NCBI RefSeq assembly: GCF_032191835.1
Contig: NC_083234.1
Span: forward strand, 55,924,001-55,988,000
From: Heteronotia binoei
Taxonomy: Eukaryota
DNA: 64,000 bases
Direction: 5' to 3'
The stretch's first letter is position 1; each line of letters opens with the position of its first letter. Position numbers and translations under genes: made by a program. A model generated the notes under the pieces. The model ran no database searches. It was not told the DNA's origin and was given only the letters and a program-made list of their open reading frames with translations. Below are positions 62,801 through 64,000 of this stretch, piece after piece.

Positions 62801-63941
62801 ACTTCTGGAAGCAGCTGCTTTTTCTTTTCACACAGATTGTTTGTTCCTGGCCACTTTGTCTTTCATTTTATGTGTACTGAGGAACTGGTGGTGTTTCAGC
62901 TTCCAGGAGCATCTAGCCTTCCTATATACATTTTCCTAGATTTCTTCACTTTCTCTCACTTTGTCCATCATCAGAGCCAGAGCATTTTCAGTAATAGCCC
63001 CTGCTCTGTGGAATGCCCTCCCTGAAAACATCAGGGACTTGCCACAGTTTCGCAGGGCCTGTAAAACTGAATTATTCAAATTCGCTTTTAACAGCTGAAG
63101 GGAGATAGCTATTACTCCACACCGATAATCCCACTGAAGCATTATAACTGAATTAAGAACATCAAAGTACTCAGAAACACACATCTTGTTGATTGTAAAT
63201 TGTATGATTGTTTTTATTGTATAACTTGTTTTTAACGTTCTATGTGGTTTAATTTGTTGTTAGTCACCCTGAGCCCACCAGGGGAGGCCGGGATATAAAT
63301 GTGATAAATTAAATAAAACTATTTTAAGACCCAATTGAACCTTCCTTCCTTTCAGCGAATTCTTATTCTTCTAACTGAGCACCCAAAACTTTTACGCTAT
63401 GTTGATCAGACTGGGGGGTTTTATGCAGCTGAGTAGTAGATCTTGAATGTGCTTATATTTTTGTGTTGTGAAGTACTGCTGGTTCTTAAATCACAGGCAG
63501 ATCATGTCCATATATAAATCTCAGTCCTTAATTAAATATTAGTTATATACCAGTAACATTTAGATCCTGTGAATTTAGGGGGAAGTATTTATGAATTTCC
63601 TGCATTATGCAGGGGTTGGACTAGGTGACCCTGGAGGTCCCTTCCAACTCTATGATTCTATAATGTGCAAAAAACCCTACATTTTTAAAGAGAAAAATCT
63701 GCTTTGGGAGGGGAGAGGGTTAAATATTGACTAAACCTGCTCTTAATTCAGGTACTTTAAAAACCACTTTGCATCTCATGTTCTAAAGTTGAATAAATAT
63801 AGGAGTGTCCTAACTTTATTTTTACTTTTTGCTTTACAGATCTTGGAAAGTTCACAGACATTATTAAATGTCCTGAAAAAGGAAGCAGGGAATCTCACCA
63901 AAGCCACAGATCTAAAAAGCTCTGTGACTAAAGAAAGCTGA
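59377..63941 (+). CDS. SSNA1: SS nuclear autoantigen 1 (NA14, microtubule nucleation factor), 3 exons, 117 aa
   Basis: Exons 59377-59428, 61912-62111, 63840-63941; [33 protein letters not shown]...[39 protein letters not shown]; head-to-head with ANAPC2 as in human. Confidence 0.97.
59477..59490 (-). promoter_or_regulatory. RFX X-box in SSNA1 intron 1
   Basis: GTTACTATGGCGAC, reverse complement GTCGCCATAGTAAC, fits GTNRCC-AT-RGYAAC exactly. Confidence 0.65.
60172..60818. mobile_element. Two fused TAGGGTTGCCA-family MITEs in SSNA1 intron 1
   Basis: 60172-60664 closely resembles 2160-2693; 60665-60818 resembles 1936-2141 and ends GGCAACCCTA. Confidence 0.8.
61671..61864. mobile_element. hAT MITE, same family as 57965-58157, opposite orientation
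   Basis: TIRs CAATGTTCCCTCTAAGCTG / CAGCTTAGAGGGAACACTG, perfect 8-bp TSD ATTGGGAG. Confidence 0.9.
62205..62395 (-). mobile_element. 5S rRNA-derived SINE fragment in SSNA1 intron 2
   Basis: CTTAGCTTCTGAAATCTGATGAGATCGGGC, similar to 1640-1787. Confidence 0.65.
63598..63662 (+). mobile_element. CR1 3' tail
   Basis: GGGGTTGGACTAGGTGACCCTGGAGGTCCCTTCCAACTCTATGATTCTAT. Confidence 0.75.
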
Positions 63942-64000
63942 ACATTTGCTTGAATTGATCTGAAAAAGGTCTTTAAGAGAAAGTTCCAGGCTCACTGGAG

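Overview
Vertebrate genomic DNA, inferred to be from a gecko-like squamate (Sauria SINE, Squam3-like SINE, BovB, CR1 and hAT MITE content). Four known genes can be rebuilt exon by exon with GT-AG sites and continuous frames: CIMIP2A/FAM166A (+, 42..13364, 7 exons, 351 aa), TUBB4B (-, 13509..16727, 4 exons, 445 aa), ANAPC2 (-, 43209..59220, 13 exons, 807 aa) and SSNA1 (+, 59377..63941, 3 exons, 117 aa). The 26 kb between TUBB4B and ANAPC2 shows no convincing long ORF, but manual splice-site reading reveals two unannotated-looking genes. (1) A minus-strand gene of 15-17 mostly tiny exons (23895..41184, ~344-363 aa): signal peptide, short ectodomain, a TMEM210-like Cys-x-Cys plus transmembrane exon, then a chain of phase-2 symmetric 15-90 nt exons encoding an SH3-ligand motif (RALPPIP) and 12-13 tyrosine motifs (YxxM, YxN, YxxP, YxxI/V). 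Four of these exons (54 nt each) sit in a recent tandem array of SINE-containing 0.5-0.77 kb units. This is the most interesting object in the window: a candidate transmembrane phosphotyrosine adaptor whose tail grew by exon duplication. (2) A plus-strand 3-exon candidate (19962..23505, 181 aa) encoding a hydrophobic membrane segment and a putative coiled coil. Both are inferred from sequence alone; no database search or expression evidence was available. All exon coordinates were counted by hand; transposon boundaries without a stated TSD are approximate.
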